Made by a program: the position numbers and the translations under genes. A DNA stretch of 55,343 bases, from positions 1-55,343 of the forward strand of contig JAKSSM010000001.1 of assembly GCA_024403065.1 (NCBI GenBank), in the 5' to 3' direction. The first letter of the stretch is position 1. The number at the start of each line of letters is the position of its first letter. Shown here one piece after another: positions 1-9,789 of this stretch. Under the pieces are notes generated by a model. It searched no databases. It was not told where the DNA came from and saw only the letters and a list, made by a program, of their open reading frames with translations. Origin of the DNA: Clostridia bacterium. Lineage in GTDB: Bacteria > Bacillota > Clostridia > Peptostreptococcales > Anaerovoracaceae.

Positions 1-467
1 ACCCTGAAGTTTCATACTGCGGACTTGAAGAACTCAGGTTTGCTGTTCAGGTTGGAAACAGTGCAGTGAGAAACGGAAGAGAAACAAAGGATTTCATTTC
101 ACAGTTCTATCATTTCCTTAAGCCATGGACTGTATCCTATCCACCAACTTTCTATCCGCTTGACTATAAAAAGGGACGTGCTCCAAGAATTGTATTTGGA
201 GAAGCAAAGGATGGAAGACCTGTATGCCTCTGGTTTGAAGGTGCAGGCAAATTCAACTACAGACCAAAAGAGGACAGTTGCGGAGCATCTCTTTCAGAAG
301 CTGCAGCAATATGTATGGACCTTGGTATCTGGAATGCTGTTCATCTTGACGGAGGTGGGTCGGCTCAGATAATATTTGAAGGTAAACGTGAACTAATGGT
401 ATCTGACCGTAATGCAGAGGATTTTTCTGAAGCAGAACGTGCCATTTCCATGGGAATATATATTTAA
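1..467 (+). CDS. Phosphodiester glycosidase family protein (NAGPA/DUF2233-like), C-terminal part; 5' end lies outside the window
   Basis: Frame is open from the window edge (no stop between nt 3 and the listed GTG at 66). ...CMDLGIWNAVHLDGGGSAQ... resembles the C-terminal core of the NAGPA/DUF2233 domain. Confidence 0.6.
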   Translation, partial: PEVSYCGLEELRFAVQVGNSAVRNGRETKDFISQFYHFLKPWTVSYPPTFYPLDYKKGRAPRIVFGEAKDGRPVCLWFEGAGKFNYRPKEDSCGASLSEAAAICMDLGIWNAVHLDGGGSAQIIFEGKRELMVSDRNAEDFSEAERAISMGIYI

Positions 468-488
468 GATTAGGAGACATAAAAAACA

Positions 489-1508
489 ATGTATTATCAG
501 TTCAGAAATGACTACAGTGAACTCGTTAGCCCTGAAATACTCAGGTTCATAGAAGAAATCGCTCTTGAACAGAATGTAGGATATGGTTTAGACAAGCACT
601 CAGTTGAAGCAGAAAAACTTATTCTTGAAAAGTTCGGCCTTGATAACGGAGCAGTATTCTTCATGCTTGGAGGTACTCAGGTAAATATGGTTACACTTTC
701 ATATCTTTTAAGACCTTATGAAGGAGTTATCGCATGCGATACAGCTCATATCAACGGACATGAAACAGGTGCTGTTGAAGGTTCAGGTCACAAGATCTAC
801 ACATCAAAGAATGTTGATGGAAAGATTACACCAGAAGATATAAGAAGATGTGTAAGATTAAATCACGACTGCCACACTGTGAAGTTCACTACAGTATACA
901 TTTCAAATGCTACAGAATCAGGTACAATCTATACAAAGGATGAGCTTCTTGCCTTAAGAAAGGTATGTGATGAACTTGGACTCTTCCTCTTTATGGATGG
1001 TGCAAGAATGGGCGTTGCGCTTACATCAAGAAAGAATGATGTTGACTGCAAGCTTATCGGCGAAGTATGTGATGCATTCTATATAAGTGGTACAAAGAAC
1101 GGTATGCTTTCAGGTGAAGCATTATGCTTCAAGAATAAGAAGGTAGCTGAAGACTTCAGATATCAGATCAAGAACAAGGGTGGAATGCTTGCAAAAGGAT
1201 TCCTTGTAAGTTCACAGTTTGAATGTGCATTCAGGGATGACCTTTTCTTCAGACTTGCAAAGAACTCCAATGACCAGGCTGACTACATCAAGGACAGTTT
1301 AAAGGGTGTATGCGAATTTACAAATGAGTCACCTACAAACCAGATTTTCTTAAGATTCAAGAAGGCTGATGCGGAAAAGATTATGGAAAACTTCGGTGCT
1401 GAACCTTGGGAAGATCAGGGAGAACACATGGTAATCCGTCTTGTAACATCCTTTAATACTAAAAAAGAAGACTGCGATAAGATTATTGAGTTTATCAAAG
1501 GATTATAA
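489..1508 (+). CDS. Threonine aldolase / beta-eliminating lyase family PLP-dependent enzyme
   Basis: 339-aa ORF with N-terminal FRNDYSE...PEIL motif, GGTQVN and a PLP-lysine context (SGTKNG) typical of low-specificity threonine aldolases. AGGAG lies upstream. Confidence 0.8.
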   Translation: MYYQFRNDYSELVSPEILRFIEEIALEQNVGYGLDKHSVEAEKLILEKFGLDNGAVFFMLGGTQVNMVTLSYLLRPYEGVIACDTAHINGHETGAVEGSGHKIYTSKNVDGKITPEDIRRCVRLNHDCHTVKFTTVYISNATESGTIYTKDELLALRKVCDELGLFLFMDGARMGVALTSRKNDVDCKLIGEVCDAFYISGTKNGMLSGEALCFKNKKVAEDFRYQIKNKGGMLAKGFLVSSQFECAFRDDLFFRLAKNSNDQADYIKDSLKGVCEFTNESPTNQIFLRFKKADAEKIMENFGAEPWEDQGEHMVIRLVTSFNTKKEDCDKIIEFIKGL

Positions 1509-1520
1509 CCCAGGCATTAA

Positions 1521-1550
1521 AAATGGCTCTCAACTGAGAGCCATTTTTCT
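1521..1550. terminator. Bidirectional rho-independent terminator between convergent genes
   Basis: Stem AAATGGCTCTC / GAGAGCCATTT with loop AACT. A-run on the left and T-run on the right. Confidence 0.8.
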
Positions 1551-2154
1551 ATTTTGCCTTTGGACATCTGTCTTTGATATATTTAAGTACGAAGTCGAAA
1601 TCTTCTTTTCCTACGTAAACCTGGTTTTTGAAAAGACCTGAGTCTACATAGATTACGTTTCTGTGCTTTACCGCTCTTACCTTTGTAACATCAGCAAATG
1701 ATGTTGACATGGAGTTTCTCGCTGAAACAGTTGCGCCTCTTCCGATGGCACCGGCATTTCCAGCTGCAATACCATAGGCAGCATTCATTGCTGCAATTAC
1801 CTGAGCCTTTGCAAACTGCTTGTCAGTCTGCTTGTGAACGAATCCGTCTTCTCCCATGGAGAATTCTACGATGTAGTGCCACTTGTAGTATGCAGCAAGG
1901 AGGAAGTATGCAAGGAGTCCTACAACAAGCATGATTCCTCCGGTAATGAGATAAACCTTTCCTGCAGTAACGAAAGCATTTAATCCATCCTTATCTTTAA
2001 GACCAAGGATGAGCACAAGAAGTGCAGGAGCAAGGGCTGAAAGAAGAAGCACCTTTGCAGTTGTAATATATATTGTTGCATTTCTTAACATTGGCATTTC
2101 ATATACCCAGTGGTATCTGCCGTCATTTCCGATTTTAAGATCTTTTGGTTGCAT
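1549..2154 (-). CDS. Hypothetical membrane protein (two central TM helices)
   Basis: 201-aa ORF with two hydrophobic segments and GGAGG immediately upstream on the minus strand. No family recognised. Confidence 0.5.
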   Translation of the reverse strand: MQPKDLKIGNDGRYHWVYEMPMLRNATIYITTAKVLLLSALAPALLVLILGLKDKDGLNAFVTAGKVYLITGGIMLVVGLLAYFLLAAYYKWHYIVEFSMGEDGFVHKQTDKQFAKAQVIAAMNAAYGIAAGNAGAIGRGATVSARNSMSTSFADVTKVRAVKHRNVIYVDSGLFKNQVYVGKEDFDFVLKYIKDRCPKAK

Positions 2155-2166
2155 TTTATTCCTCCT

Positions 2167-2811
2167 TTAACCTTTGTTTTTAACCTGTTTCAGTCCCATA
2201 ACTACCATCCATACATACATGCATGTCTTTGGCATCATGAGCATTCCTATCATTGGGCTTACATCTGAGAAGAGTACTACAGGAAGGTAGAATGCAAAGC
2301 TTAAAAGTATTGCAATCCACATGAATCTGTAGTATCTGTCTTTCCTTTCTTTATAGAATAGAACAACCATTATGATCCCCATAATAGTGAACGGAATGTT
2401 TCTAAGTATTCCATAGAAAAGTGGGTCAGATCCTGTCCAGTCATTCTGTGGAAGGAGACAGAGTGCAATTCTTAATACAGAAAGCACAATCATTGCTGTT
2501 CTTATATTCCTACACTCTTTATTATATCTCTTTTCATAGATAAGATAAAGAATGAGATAGAAAATAGTCATAGTGATGGATGTTACCATCTTGCCAAGTC
2601 CCAAAGATACATGATAGTCTCCTGCAGGATTCAATGCTGCAAGAATTCTTGGTACGAGATGGAATGAGTCGCCGAATACAAGTGTCAGTGTCATGATTCC
2701 AAAAAGTCTGTCATTCTTTCTTCCTTCACTCTTTTTTATGATTACTATTCCAAGTACTGTTGTGAGTATGAGGTAGATTACGCAGAATACTGCTTCCATT
2801 ATTTTCCCCAT
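2167..2811 (-). CDS. Hypothetical polytopic membrane protein
   Basis: 214-aa ORF that is hydrophobic throughout (about 6 TM). Tightly packed between neighbouring minus-strand genes. Confidence 0.5.
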   Translation of the reverse strand: MGKIMEAVFCVIYLILTTVLGIVIIKKSEGRKNDRLFGIMTLTLVFGDSFHLVPRILAALNPAGDYHVSLGLGKMVTSITMTIFYLILYLIYEKRYNKECRNIRTAMIVLSVLRIALCLLPQNDWTGSDPLFYGILRNIPFTIMGIIMVVLFYKERKDRYYRFMWIAILLSFAFYLPVVLFSDVSPMIGMLMMPKTCMYVWMVVMGLKQVKNKG

Positions 2812-2826
2812 AGTTTTATGCCTTTC

Positions 2827-5163
2827 TTAAATGTCTCTTGTCATAATTACTTCTATATGTTTTCCAACCTGTTTTTCTTCTGATGTGAGAGTGAAACCCT
2901 GTTCTTCCCAGAAACGGATTGCATCGGTATTTTCCTTTACGCATCCAAGGGAAAGTCTGTTTACTCCCTGTGCCTTTAAGGATGCTCTGATATCTGCAAA
3001 GAGTTCAGAACCTACTCCGTTATTCTGAAGTTCTGCATCTACCATGAACCAGCCAAGGAAGCAGTTGTTCTTATCAGGATAGTCTGAAATCATGTCCATG
3101 AATGCAACAAGTTTTGTTTCATCATAGAAACCGACAAAGTGAGCATTGTGGTCTTCAGAATCAGGTTTTGTAACTACTGTTGTAAGGCTTCTTCTTGTAG
3201 GTTTTTCGTTTAAGAGTCTGTAGTACCTTACATTTGATCTTGCAAGGTGATATACATCTTCGATATCGGATTCAGTAAGTTTTCTTGCAGTATACTGTGA
3301 TGAAAGGTTTGAAAGGTCAAGTTCAGTCTTCTTTGTTTCATAGTCGATTGCCTGTCTGAACTGAGTTTCATAAAGGTTTCTGTATACGCCACCCTTTGAG
3401 AGAAGTTCTTCATGAGTTCCTTCTTCACAGATAACTCCACCTTTAACAACAAGGATTCTGTCAGCCTTAAGAATTGTTGAAAGACGGTGTGCAATTACAA
3501 TTGATGTACGTCCAATCATCATTGCTTCAAGAGCATCCTGGATGGAACTTTCTGAAATACTGTCAAGAGCTGATGTTGCTTCATCAAGGATAAGAATCTT
3601 AGGATCCTTTAAGATTACTCTTGCGATTGAAAGTCTCTGCTTTTCACCACCGGAAAGTTTCAGTCCACGGTTACCTACAACAGTATTGTATCCATCTGGC
3701 TGTGATACGATGAAGTTATGGATATTTGCAACTTTGCATGCGTGTTCAATTTCTTCATCTGTTGCATCTTCCTTTGCATAGAGGAGATTTTCTCTTATAG
3801 TACCGTTGAAGAGATAGGTATCCTGAGTAACAACTCCGATTGCCTGCCTTAAGTGTACAAGGTCAATATCTCTTACATCGACTCCAGAAATTGTAACCTT
3901 ACCTGAATCTACATCGTAGAGTCTTGGGATGAGATTTACTACTGTAGACTTACCTGAACCTGATGGACCTACTATTGCATACATCTTTCCGCCTGGTACA
4001 TGGAAATTGATATCTGTAAGAAGTGGGTTGTCCTTTTCATAGGAGAATGCCACATGATCGTATTCAATATCAGCATTCTGCATTTCAGGCTTTTTGCCGT
4101 CTTCTGGATTCTTTATTGTATTTTCTCTGTCAAGGTAGTCAAAGATTCTTGTGAAAAGTGCAAGGGATCTTGTGAAGTCTACCTGGATATTAAGGAGGGA
4201 TTCAACAGGACGGTAAAGTCTGTTTATAAGGGCTACAGTTGCTGTAATTGCACCAACAGAAAGCGTTGAATCAAGGTTGTTTATGATAAGGTATCCACCT
4301 GCAAAGTAGATTAAGAGTGGTCCAATCTGAGTAAACATACCCATTACAACTCTGAACCATTTTCCACTTCTGTTTTCCTTGAGTGAATACTTTGTTACTT
4401 CATCATTTATCTTGACGAAATTCTCATATTCCTTTTCTTCTCTTGTAAAGAGTTTTACAAGAAGTGAGCCTGAAACTGAAAGTGTTTCGTTTATAACCTG
4501 GTTCATCTCGTCATGCTTTTCCTGGCTTTCAGTCAGAAGCTTGTAACGTGTTTTGCCAACGGATTTTGTTGGGATGATTAAAAGAGGAATTACTATAACA
4601 CCAACCAGTGCCAGCTTCCAGCTCATGGAAAGAAGGGCAACGGATGTAGTAATTACTGTTGCAATGTTACTTACGATACTTGAGAGTGTTCCAGAAATTA
4701 CAGAGCTTACACCTGAAATATCCGTATTCATTCTTGTAATGATGTCACCCTGCTTTTCTGTAGTAAAAAAGGAGTGTGGCATATATTCAAGATGATGGTA
4801 CATTTCGTTCTTCATGTCATAGATTATCTTCTGTGAAATCCATGCGTTTATATAGCTTTCGATTACACCGATAAGCTGTGAGCACAAGAGTGCTCCAAGT
4901 GCCATAAGAAGAAGCTTTATTAGGAGCTCCATATTCTTTCCGACAAGTGCCTCATCCACAATACGTCCTGTGATTATGGATGGAAGAAGTCCAACTGTTG
5001 CTGAAAGGATGATGGAAACAAAAACGAAGATGAACTGAAGCCAGTAAGGTTTAAGGTAGCCAACAATACGTTTTAAAAGTGCTCCTGTAACCTTTGGTGC
5101 TGTCTTTTTTTCATCTTCTGTAAGAAATCCTCTAGGGCCGAAACTGCCCATACCTGGTGCCAT
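2827..5163 (-). CDS. ABC exporter (fused TMD-NBD, MsbA/type I exporter-like) with a C-terminal GNAT acetyltransferase domain
   Basis: Walker [10 protein letters not shown], signature LSGGEKQR, Walker B ILILDEATSALD and H-loop AHRLST. A 176-aa C-terminal extension carries the GNAT motif A LQNNGVGSELF. Start moved to ATG 5163 (MAPGMGSF...) because GGAGG sits 7 nt upstream; the ORF-track start at 5235 has no RBS. Confidence 0.85.
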   Translation of the reverse strand: MAPGMGSFGPRGFLTEDEKKTAPKVTGALLKRIVGYLKPYWLQFIFVFVSIILSATVGLLPSIITGRIVDEALVGKNMELLIKLLLMALGALLCSQLIGVIESYINAWISQKIIYDMKNEMYHHLEYMPHSFFTTEKQGDIITRMNTDISGVSSVISGTLSSIVSNIATVITTSVALLSMSWKLALVGVIVIPLLIIPTKSVGKTRYKLLTESQEKHDEMNQVINETLSVSGSLLVKLFTREEKEYENFVKINDEVTKYSLKENRSGKWFRVVMGMFTQIGPLLIYFAGGYLIINNLDSTLSVGAITATVALINRLYRPVESLLNIQVDFTRSLALFTRIFDYLDRENTIKNPEDGKKPEMQNADIEYDHVAFSYEKDNPLLTDINFHVPGGKMYAIVGPSGSGKSTVVNLIPRLYDVDSGKVTISGVDVRDIDLVHLRQAIGVVTQDTYLFNGTIRENLLYAKEDATDEEIEHACKVANIHNFIVSQPDGYNTVVGNRGLKLSGGEKQRLSIARVILKDPKILILDEATSALDSISESSIQDALEAMMIGRTSIVIAHRLSTILKADRILVVKGGVICEEGTHEELLSKGGVYRNLYETQFRQAIDYETKKTELDLSNLSSQYTARKLTESDIEDVYHLARSNVRYYRLLNEKPTRRSLTTVVTKPDSEDHNAHFVGFYDETKLVAFMDMISDYPDKNNCFLGWFMVDAELQNNGVGSELFADIRASLKAQGVNRLSLGCVKENTDAIRFWEEQGFTLTSEEKQVGKHIEVIMTRDI

Positions 5164-5281
5164 ATGATTACCTCCATGATGCAATAAATATGTGTACTTC
5201 ATTTTACAATATATGATTATGGTTTTGCAAACCATAATACAAATGTGGTAGAATAAAACATTAGTTTTTATGGAGGAAAAT

Positions 5282-6235
5282 ATGAAATATCTTCAGATTG
5301 AGATAAAGACAACAGTAGAAAACATTGATGAAGTGGTATCAAATCTCTATTCCATAGGGTTAACTGATCTGGTGATTGATGACCCAAGAGATATTGATGA
5401 CATTCTTGATAAAAAGACAGGTTACGAATGGGACTATATAGATGATTCAGTACTTGAACTTAAAAACAGTGAACCAAAGGTTACTCTCTACTTTGATTTC
5501 AAAGAGGAAGGTGAACCTGACTATGAGGAAACTGTAAAGAGAAATGATGAAAAGTACGATGAAATAAAGGAAGTAACAAAGGGAATTGCCACATCAGTTG
5601 ATTTCCTCGTTAATGATGATACTGACTGGAAGGATACATGGAAACAGTACTTCAAGCCTAAGAAGGTATCAGAAAGAATTGTAGTAAAACCTACATGGGA
5701 AAACTACGAAAAGAAGGATGATGAACTGATACTTGAAATTGACCCTGGTATGGCCTTTGGTACAGGTACACATGAGACTACATCACTCTGCATCAGAATG
5801 CTTGAAAAGTATATGAAGAGGGGTGAAAAGGTGCTTGATGTAGGCTGCGGTTCAGGAGTTCTTTCAATTGCTGCATCTCTTCTTGGTGCAAGTGAATGTC
5901 TTGGCGTTGATATTGATCCTGTTGCAGTTGAAGTATCAAAGGAAAATATTGAACTGAACCACGTGGAAAACATTTCAAGGGCAGAATATGGTGACCTTAC
6001 AAAGGGCATAGATTTTGTAGCAGATACTGTTGTTGCAAACCTTATGGCTGACCTTGTAATCATGCTTTCAGAGGACGTTGCAAGATGCATGAAGAGTGGC
6101 GGCTACTACATCTCATCAGGAATTCTTGTGGAAAAGATTCCTGTTGTAAGGGAAAAAATCGAAGCATGCGGTTTTGAAATCGTAGAAATAAAGGAAGACG
6201 GCATGTGGAGTGCCATCGTAGCAAGAAAGAACTAG
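5282..6235 (+). CDS. prmA: Ribosomal protein L11 methyltransferase
   Basis: MKYLQIEI... N-terminus, IDPGMAFGTGTHETT and the SAM motif VLDVGCGSGVLSIAA. GGAGG lies 5 nt upstream of ATG 5282. Confidence 0.9.
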   Translation: MKYLQIEIKTTVENIDEVVSNLYSIGLTDLVIDDPRDIDDILDKKTGYEWDYIDDSVLELKNSEPKVTLYFDFKEEGEPDYEETVKRNDEKYDEIKEVTKGIATSVDFLVNDDTDWKDTWKQYFKPKKVSERIVVKPTWENYEKKDDELILEIDPGMAFGTGTHETTSLCIRMLEKYMKRGEKVLDVGCGSGVLSIAASLLGASECLGVDIDPVAVEVSKENIELNHVENISRAEYGDLTKGIDFVADTVVANLMADLVIMLSEDVARCMKSGGYYISSGILVEKIPVVREKIEACGFEIVEIKEDGMWSAIVARKN

Positions 6236-6247
6236 AGGTAAGAATTA

Positions 6248-6532
6248 ATGAGATATTTACCAATACTCGAAGAGCTATTCGAATCAAATACAATAATTCT
6301 CCTTATAATCGGAGTAATAATTGCATTCATTGCAGTTTCAAAGAAAACAAACTACAAGCTTTTAAGAAACTTTACCCTTTATGCCATTGGCGCATACCTG
6401 GTATGTGAGGTAATTGAAAATGTACAGAACAGCTACATGATAGAGATTATCGTTCTCTTTATCGGTACTCTTCTTCTTGGTGCATGCGTAGGACTTCTTC
6501 TTAAGCTTATTCTTGTTAAACTCATAAAATAA
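6248..6532 (+). CDS. Small hypothetical membrane protein (3 TM)
   Basis: 94-aa hydrophobic ORF with AGAGG upstream. No family recognised. Confidence 0.45.
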   Translation: MRYLPILEELFESNTIILLIIGVIIAFIAVSKKTNYKLLRNFTLYAIGAYLVCEVIENVQNSYMIEIIVLFIGTLLLGACVGLLLKLILVKLIK

Positions 6533-6542
6533 GGAAAAGAAA

Positions 6543-7802
6543 ATGAAAATCAAAGTAGCAGAAATGCCATATGAAAAGGTTCTTGAACTTCCAAAGGAGA
6601 AAAGAGAAAAGCCTGTAAAGCCTGGTATTCTTTTCAGAACTCTCTTAAAGACTTTAAGTAAACCTGATTTAAAGGCAACAGATTTCACATACAGAACATT
6701 TGGAATGGAACGTTTGGGAAAAGACGAGCCATGTCTTATCCTCATGAACCATTCAAGTTTTATAGACCTTAAGATTGCATCTGTAGTATTCTCTGACCGC
6801 CCATTCAATATCGTCTGCACATCAGACGGTTTTGTTGGAAAGAAGTGGCTCATGAGAAATCTCGGATGTATTCCAACTCAGAAGTTTGTAACTGATATTG
6901 CTCTTGTAAGGGATATGAAGTACTGCTTTGATACGCTTAAGACATCAGTTCTCATGTATCCTGAAGCAAGCTATTCTTTTGATGGTACAGCAACACCTCT
7001 TCCTGAATCCGTTGGAAAGAGTCTTAAACTTCTCAAGGTTCCTGTAGTTATGGTTAAAACCTATGGAGCTTTTTCTAGAGACCCGTTATATAACAACCTG
7101 CAGTTAAGAAAGGTAAAGGTATCCTGTGATGTCACATATCTTCTTTCAAAGGAGGATATTGAAGAGAAGTCAGTTAAAGAACTGAACGACATTTTAAAAG
7201 AACAGTTTACATTCGACAATTTTAGATGGCAGCAGGAAAATGATGTTTCAATTACTGAAGATTTCAGAGCAGATTACCTTAACCGTGTTCTTTTCAAGTG
7301 TCCTCACTGCGGTACTGAAGGGAAAATGGAAGGAAAGGGCACAAGGATTACATGCCATGCCTGTGATGCAGAGCATGAACTTACTGAAAAAGGTTTCCTT
7401 AAGGGAGTAAATGTCTCTGAAAAGTTCAGTCATATCCCTGACTGGTACAGATGGGAAAGAGAAGAAGTAAAGAAGGAAGTTGAAGAAAACAGATACAGTC
7501 TCTCCCTTCCTGTAGATATCTGCCTTATAAAAAACACAAAGAGTGTATATAAAGTTGGAAGCGGAGTGCTTACTCATAACAGCGAAGGATTCAGACTTTC
7601 TGGATGTGACGGAAAACTTGAGTTCACTCAGAAGCCAAAGGATTCCTACAGCCTCTATGCCGACTACTACTGGTATGAAATCGGTGATATGATCTGCATC
7701 GGAGATAAAGACGTACTCTACTACTGTTTCCCTAAAGTTCCTGGAGACTTTGTAGCAAAGGCAAGAATTGCAACTGAGGAGATGTACAAAAAGGAGAAAT
7801 AG
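6543..7802 (+). CDS. PlsC-family (lysophospholipid) acyltransferase with internal 4-Cys zinc ribbon and uncharacterised C-terminal domain
   Basis: HX4D motif NHSSFID and zinc ribbon CPHCG...CHAC. Full-length paralogue of 19243-20526. Confidence 0.75.
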   Translation: MKIKVAEMPYEKVLELPKEKREKPVKPGILFRTLLKTLSKPDLKATDFTYRTFGMERLGKDEPCLILMNHSSFIDLKIASVVFSDRPFNIVCTSDGFVGKKWLMRNLGCIPTQKFVTDIALVRDMKYCFDTLKTSVLMYPEASYSFDGTATPLPESVGKSLKLLKVPVVMVKTYGAFSRDPLYNNLQLRKVKVSCDVTYLLSKEDIEEKSVKELNDILKEQFTFDNFRWQQENDVSITEDFRADYLNRVLFKCPHCGTEGKMEGKGTRITCHACDAEHELTEKGFLKGVNVSEKFSHIPDWYRWEREEVKKEVEENRYSLSLPVDICLIKNTKSVYKVGSGVLTHNSEGFRLSGCDGKLEFTQKPKDSYSLYADYYWYEIGDMICIGDKDVLYYCFPKVPGDFVAKARIATEEMYKKEK

Positions 7803-7803
7803 C

Positions 7804-8292
7804 ATGAGAAGAAGAGACAGAGAAGTAACTGACATGAATGAAATAATGCATATTCTTGAAGAGGGCAAGGTTCTTCACCTTGGCTTATCCGATAAGGGTA
7901 TGCCATATATTGTTCCCATGAACTATGGATTTCTTATGGAGGATGGAAAGCTTACATTCTATCTTCATGGTGCACTTGAAGGAAGAAAGCTTGATGTAAT
8001 AAAGGAGAATCCTTTATGCTGCTGCCAGATTGACTGCGATGGTGCTCTTGTAGAAGGAAAGGTTGCATGCCAGTATGGCTACAGCTACTACTCTCTTATG
8101 GGATTCGGAAAAGCCACAATAGTTGATGATCCTTCAGAAAAAATGAAGGGACTTACACTTCTCATGAAGGAACAGACTGGACGTGATTTTGAATTCAACG
8201 AAAAACTTGTTTCAATAGTTGCAGTAATAAGAGTTGACTGTGACAGTTTTACAGCAAAGCATAGACCACTTTCCATGAAACCACAGGTATAG
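7804..8292 (+). CDS. Pyridoxamine 5'-phosphate oxidase family (FMN-binding split-barrel) protein
   Basis: MRRRDREVTD...EIMHILEEGKVLHLGL...PYIVPMNYGF N-terminus is typical of this family. AAGGAG lies 7 nt upstream of ATG 7804. Confidence 0.75.
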   Translation: MRRRDREVTDMNEIMHILEEGKVLHLGLSDKGMPYIVPMNYGFLMEDGKLTFYLHGALEGRKLDVIKENPLCCCQIDCDGALVEGKVACQYGYSYYSLMGFGKATIVDDPSEKMKGLTLLMKEQTGRDFEFNEKLVSIVAVIRVDCDSFTAKHRPLSMKPQV

Positions 8293-8297
8293 CACAT

Positions 8298-8822
8298 ATG
8301 AACTTTACAATAAGAAGAGCAGAAAAAGATGAATACGAGGCTGTAAAGAACTTCTATGATGAAGTAATCGATAGACTCGAGGAATTTGAATATGGTCCAA
8401 AATGGACAAAGGGTGTATACCCTGCATATGACTACCTGAAAAGTTCCGTTGAACTTGGTGACATGTATATAGGGCTTCTTGATGGAAAGATCGTTTCAAG
8501 CATGATTGTAAATGGGGAAGCCAATGAAAGCTACAGAAATGCAAAGTGGGGTCTTGATGTAGATGATGGAGAATATGCAGTTATTCATGCTCTTGGTGTA
8601 ATGCCGGGATTCACAAAAAATGGACTTGGAAAGAAGATGGTTCAGTATGCCATTTCTATCTGTAAGGATAAATACAAATCAGTAAGGCTCGATGTACTTA
8701 AAGGAAATCTTCCTGCAAACAGACTCTATGAGTCGGTTGGCTTCAGAATGACTGATGCACTTCCAATGTTCTATGAAGATACAGGATGGACTGATTTTGA
8801 ATTATATGAATATGTTTTATAA
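8298..8822 (+). CDS. GNAT family N-acetyltransferase
   Basis: 174 aa with an acetyl-CoA motif region LGVMPGFTKNGLGKKMV and NRLYESVGF. Confidence 0.8.
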   Translation: MNFTIRRAEKDEYEAVKNFYDEVIDRLEEFEYGPKWTKGVYPAYDYLKSSVELGDMYIGLLDGKIVSSMIVNGEANESYRNAKWGLDVDDGEYAVIHALGVMPGFTKNGLGKKMVQYAISICKDKYKSVRLDVLKGNLPANRLYESVGFRMTDALPMFYEDTGWTDFELYEYVL

Positions 8823-8840
8823 CAGGCGAGGTTAAATACT

Positions 8841-9611
8841 TTGTTTACTTACACGAATTTTCAGAAAAAGGTATCCCTTGTTTTAAAGGTTATTGTTGCA
8901 ATTGCTGCAGTACTTGGCACATTTTTAAGTGCTTTTGCAGGAAGAAACTCTTTCATGGGTGGAACTACTGTATTCATGTACTTTACCATTCAGTCAAATA
9001 TACTGATTGCACTTGTTTCCCTTGTTGGAATCCTCTTTCTCTTAAGAGGAAAGTCAGGTAAAGTCTGGTATACCCTTACATTTGTAGCAACTGTTGCAAT
9101 AACACTTACAGGAGTTGTATTCTGTTTTGTTCTTGCACCAACCATGGGAAAAGCAGCATGGAATGTTCAGAATATTCTTACACATGTTGTGACTCCAGTT
9201 GTATCAGTACTTGACTTTTTTGTATGTGGTCCATCAGGAAAAATCAGAAAGAAGAATGCATTTCTTGTAATTATCCCACCAATTCTCTATCTCATCTATG
9301 CATCCGTTGGATACGTTAAAGGCTGGGAGTTTGGACCTGGAATCAACTATCCATACTTCTTCCTTAACTGGGGAAGCCCAATGGGAGCATTTGGATTCGG
9401 AAAGGAATTCCCGTTCATGGGTTGTGTATGGTGGATTCTCCTTCTCCTTGTATCCTTTCCTGTTGTAGGATTCCTTTATCTCATAATTGTAGATTTCTTG
9501 AGACTCTTCAGAAAGAAGACAAGAGAAGAAAAGCTTGAAGCTGAACTTAAGGAAAAGGAAGAAGAACTGGAATCAAAGGAAACTGAAAGTGAAGTATCAG
9601 AGGAAGTATAA
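8841..9611 (+). CDS. Polytopic membrane protein (possibly Pr6Pr-type) with highly charged Glu/Lys C-terminal tail
   Basis: TTG start and about 6 TM. The FTIQSN motif is reminiscent of the Pr6Pr family (weak recollection). The tail is ...KKTREEKLEAELKEKEEELESKETESEVSEEV. Confidence 0.5.
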   Translation: MFTYTNFQKKVSLVLKVIVAIAAVLGTFLSAFAGRNSFMGGTTVFMYFTIQSNILIALVSLVGILFLLRGKSGKVWYTLTFVATVAITLTGVVFCFVLAPTMGKAAWNVQNILTHVVTPVVSVLDFFVCGPSGKIRKKNAFLVIIPPILYLIYASVGYVKGWEFGPGINYPYFFLNWGSPMGAFGFGKEFPFMGCVWWILLLLVSFPVVGFLYLIIVDFLRLFRKKTREEKLEAELKEKEEELESKETESEVSEEV

Positions 9612-9712
9612 CCATGTACGAACTGATAAAGATATCAGAAAATGATTGCTATAGAGTTCAGTTTATCTTTAGTGATAACAGAATGCTCTGGTATGCAATA
9701 TAGAAATCAGAA

Positions 9713-9746
9713 GCCTTCAGTATGGTTTTACTGAAGGCCTTTTTTA
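9713..9746 (+). terminator. Rho-independent terminator
   Basis: Stem GCCTTCAG / CTGAAGGC followed by TTTTTT. Confidence 0.75.
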
Positions 9747-9789
9747 GTGTATAATAGTGCAGTAGATATGTGATAGAGGTGCGAAGAAT

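Noticed and set aside
5164-5235. N-terminal extension of the ABC exporter (track start 5235, MVCKTIIIYCKMKYTYLLHHGGNH...)
   Set aside because: There is no RBS at 5235 or 5202, while GGAGG lies 7 nt upstream of ATG 5163. The extension would also consume the divergent promoter region shared with prmA.
7248-7868. Long antisense ORFs: 7248-7868 (-), 36950-37588 (-), 53086-53577 (+), 51566-51919 (+), 31595-32002 (-), 22655-23077 (-), 6362-6853 (-), 5704-6090 (-), 21223-21639 (-), 42674-43084 (-), 25008-25415 (+) and 50242-50667 (-)
   Set aside because: Most are fully embedded, on the opposite strand, in CDSs with strong family motifs. Three (6362-6853, 42674-43084 and 50242-50667) instead span a gene junction or terminator and are antisense to hypothetical ORFs with RBSs. 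None has an RBS or recognisable domain. They are Ser/Phe/Ile-rich, as expected for the complement of the CTT/GAA/AAG-rich coding strand.
9614-9703. 29-codon ORF MYELIKISENDCYRVQFIFSDNRMLWYAI directly after the 8841-9611 gene
   Set aside because: The first about 13 residues resemble the usual N-terminus of clostridial MBL-fold hydrolases (MYELI.V..N.YY), which hints at a gene remnant. The match is too short to support a pseudogene call without a database comparison.
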